DNA of 24,000 nucleotides from Methylocystis sp. (GTDB lineage Bacteria; Pseudomonadota; Alphaproteobacteria; Rhizobiales; Beijerinckiaceae): NCBI RefSeq assembly GCF_051061285.1, contig NZ_JBPFEA010000021.1, positions 9,863 to 33,862 of the forward strand, read 5' to 3'. Shown piece by piece: positions 23,701 to 24,000 of this stretch (position 1 is its first letter; each line of letters starts with the position of its first letter). The notes under the pieces were generated by a model. It saw only the letters and a program-made list of their open reading frames with translations, ran no database searches and was not told where the DNA came from. The position numbers and the translations under genes were made by a program.

Positions 23701-24000
23701 CGCCGGCCGCGTCGCCGCTTGAGTCTCTGCAATGCTTCGGCGGCGTCGGGAACGTCCTGGAGACTCGCCTTGTAATAGAGTTCTTCGGCCTTGCTGCGAC
23801 TAACGTCCAGTCCGGCTAAGCCCTTCTCATAGGCTTCGCCGAGCCAATATTGGGCCCTGCCGTTGTTTTGCGTTTCCGCCTGCTGAAACCAGCGCAAGGC
23901 TTCGGTCGGGTCTTGCCTGCCGTCGGGCGTCATGCCGTCCTTGTACATGACGCCGAGCGAGGCCTGCGCGTCGGCATAGCCCTGCATCGCGGATTTCTTG
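23697..24000 (-). CDS. Sel1-repeat (TPR-like) protein, C-terminal part (N-terminus beyond window)
   Basis: Two Sel1-like units (DAQASLGVMYKDG....EALRWFQQAA-type and GRAQYWLGEAYEKG....KAEELYYKA). The frame stays open to position 24000. Stop is TAA at 23697-23699. Confidence 0.75.
   Translation of the reverse strand, partial: KKSAMQGYADAQASLGVMYKDGMTPDGRQDPTEALRWFQQAETQNNGRAQYWLGEAYEKGLAGLDVSRSKAEELYYKASLQDVPDAAEALQRLKRRRGRR

Noticed and set aside
1-24000. Scan for tRNA/rRNA/ncRNA genes, CRISPR arrays, IS elements, integrases, toxin-antitoxin or phage-defence genes
   Set aside because: I noticed no cloverleaf-like or rRNA-like conserved stretches, no regularly spaced direct repeats outside the 120-nt in-gene repeat, and no transposase, integrase or defence-type ORFs. 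This absence rests on visual inspection only; tRNAscan, Infernal and ISfinder searches would be decisive.

Overview
The window looks like a high-GC chromosomal segment of alphaproteobacterial type; the taxon is inferred only from composition and gene content. Positions ~200-14,700 are a nucleotide-sugar / glycan-precursor locus. Positions ~15,000-24,000 are an ordinary mix of envelope, transport and housekeeping genes.

The core of the locus is a 14-gene minus-strand operon running 14709 -> 1964. Spacing is very tight: four ATGA stop/start overlaps, one TAATG, one 8-nt overlap, other gaps of 4-33 nt, and one ~97-nt gap. In transcription order the genes are:
- GmhA-like SIS isomerase
- GmhB-like HAD phosphatase
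- short transaldolase
- two extended-SDR epimerase/dehydratases
- a fused nucleotidyltransferase + PfkB kinase, with the HldE domains in reversed order
- Gfo/Idh/MocA oxidoreductase
- a UDP-glucose/GDP-mannose-dehydrogenase-family protein whose catalytic Cys position reads Asn
- an SDR with HxxxH where YxxxK is expected
- a SAM methyltransferase
- an RmlB-like SDR
- a split transketolase (N and C subunits)
- a Nudix hydrolase

Two further SAM methyltransferase genes lie at the clearly lower-GC left end.

Class for class, this enzyme set mirrors the lincosamide octose pathway (transaldolase, SIS isomerase, kinase, phosphatase, nucleotidyltransferase, SDR epimerase, UGDH-like + Gfo/Idh/MocA pair), minus the aminotransferase. 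I therefore propose the operon builds a heavily tailored, O-methylated NDP-heptose or NDP-octose directly from pentose-phosphate intermediates. No glycosyltransferase, polymerase or exporter is in the window.

I saw no tRNA/rRNA, CRISPR array, IS/transposase or integrase. Many ORF-track entries are high-GC shadow ORFs or N-terminal over-extensions. I re-set starts using overlaps, RBS-like sequences and domain boundaries.
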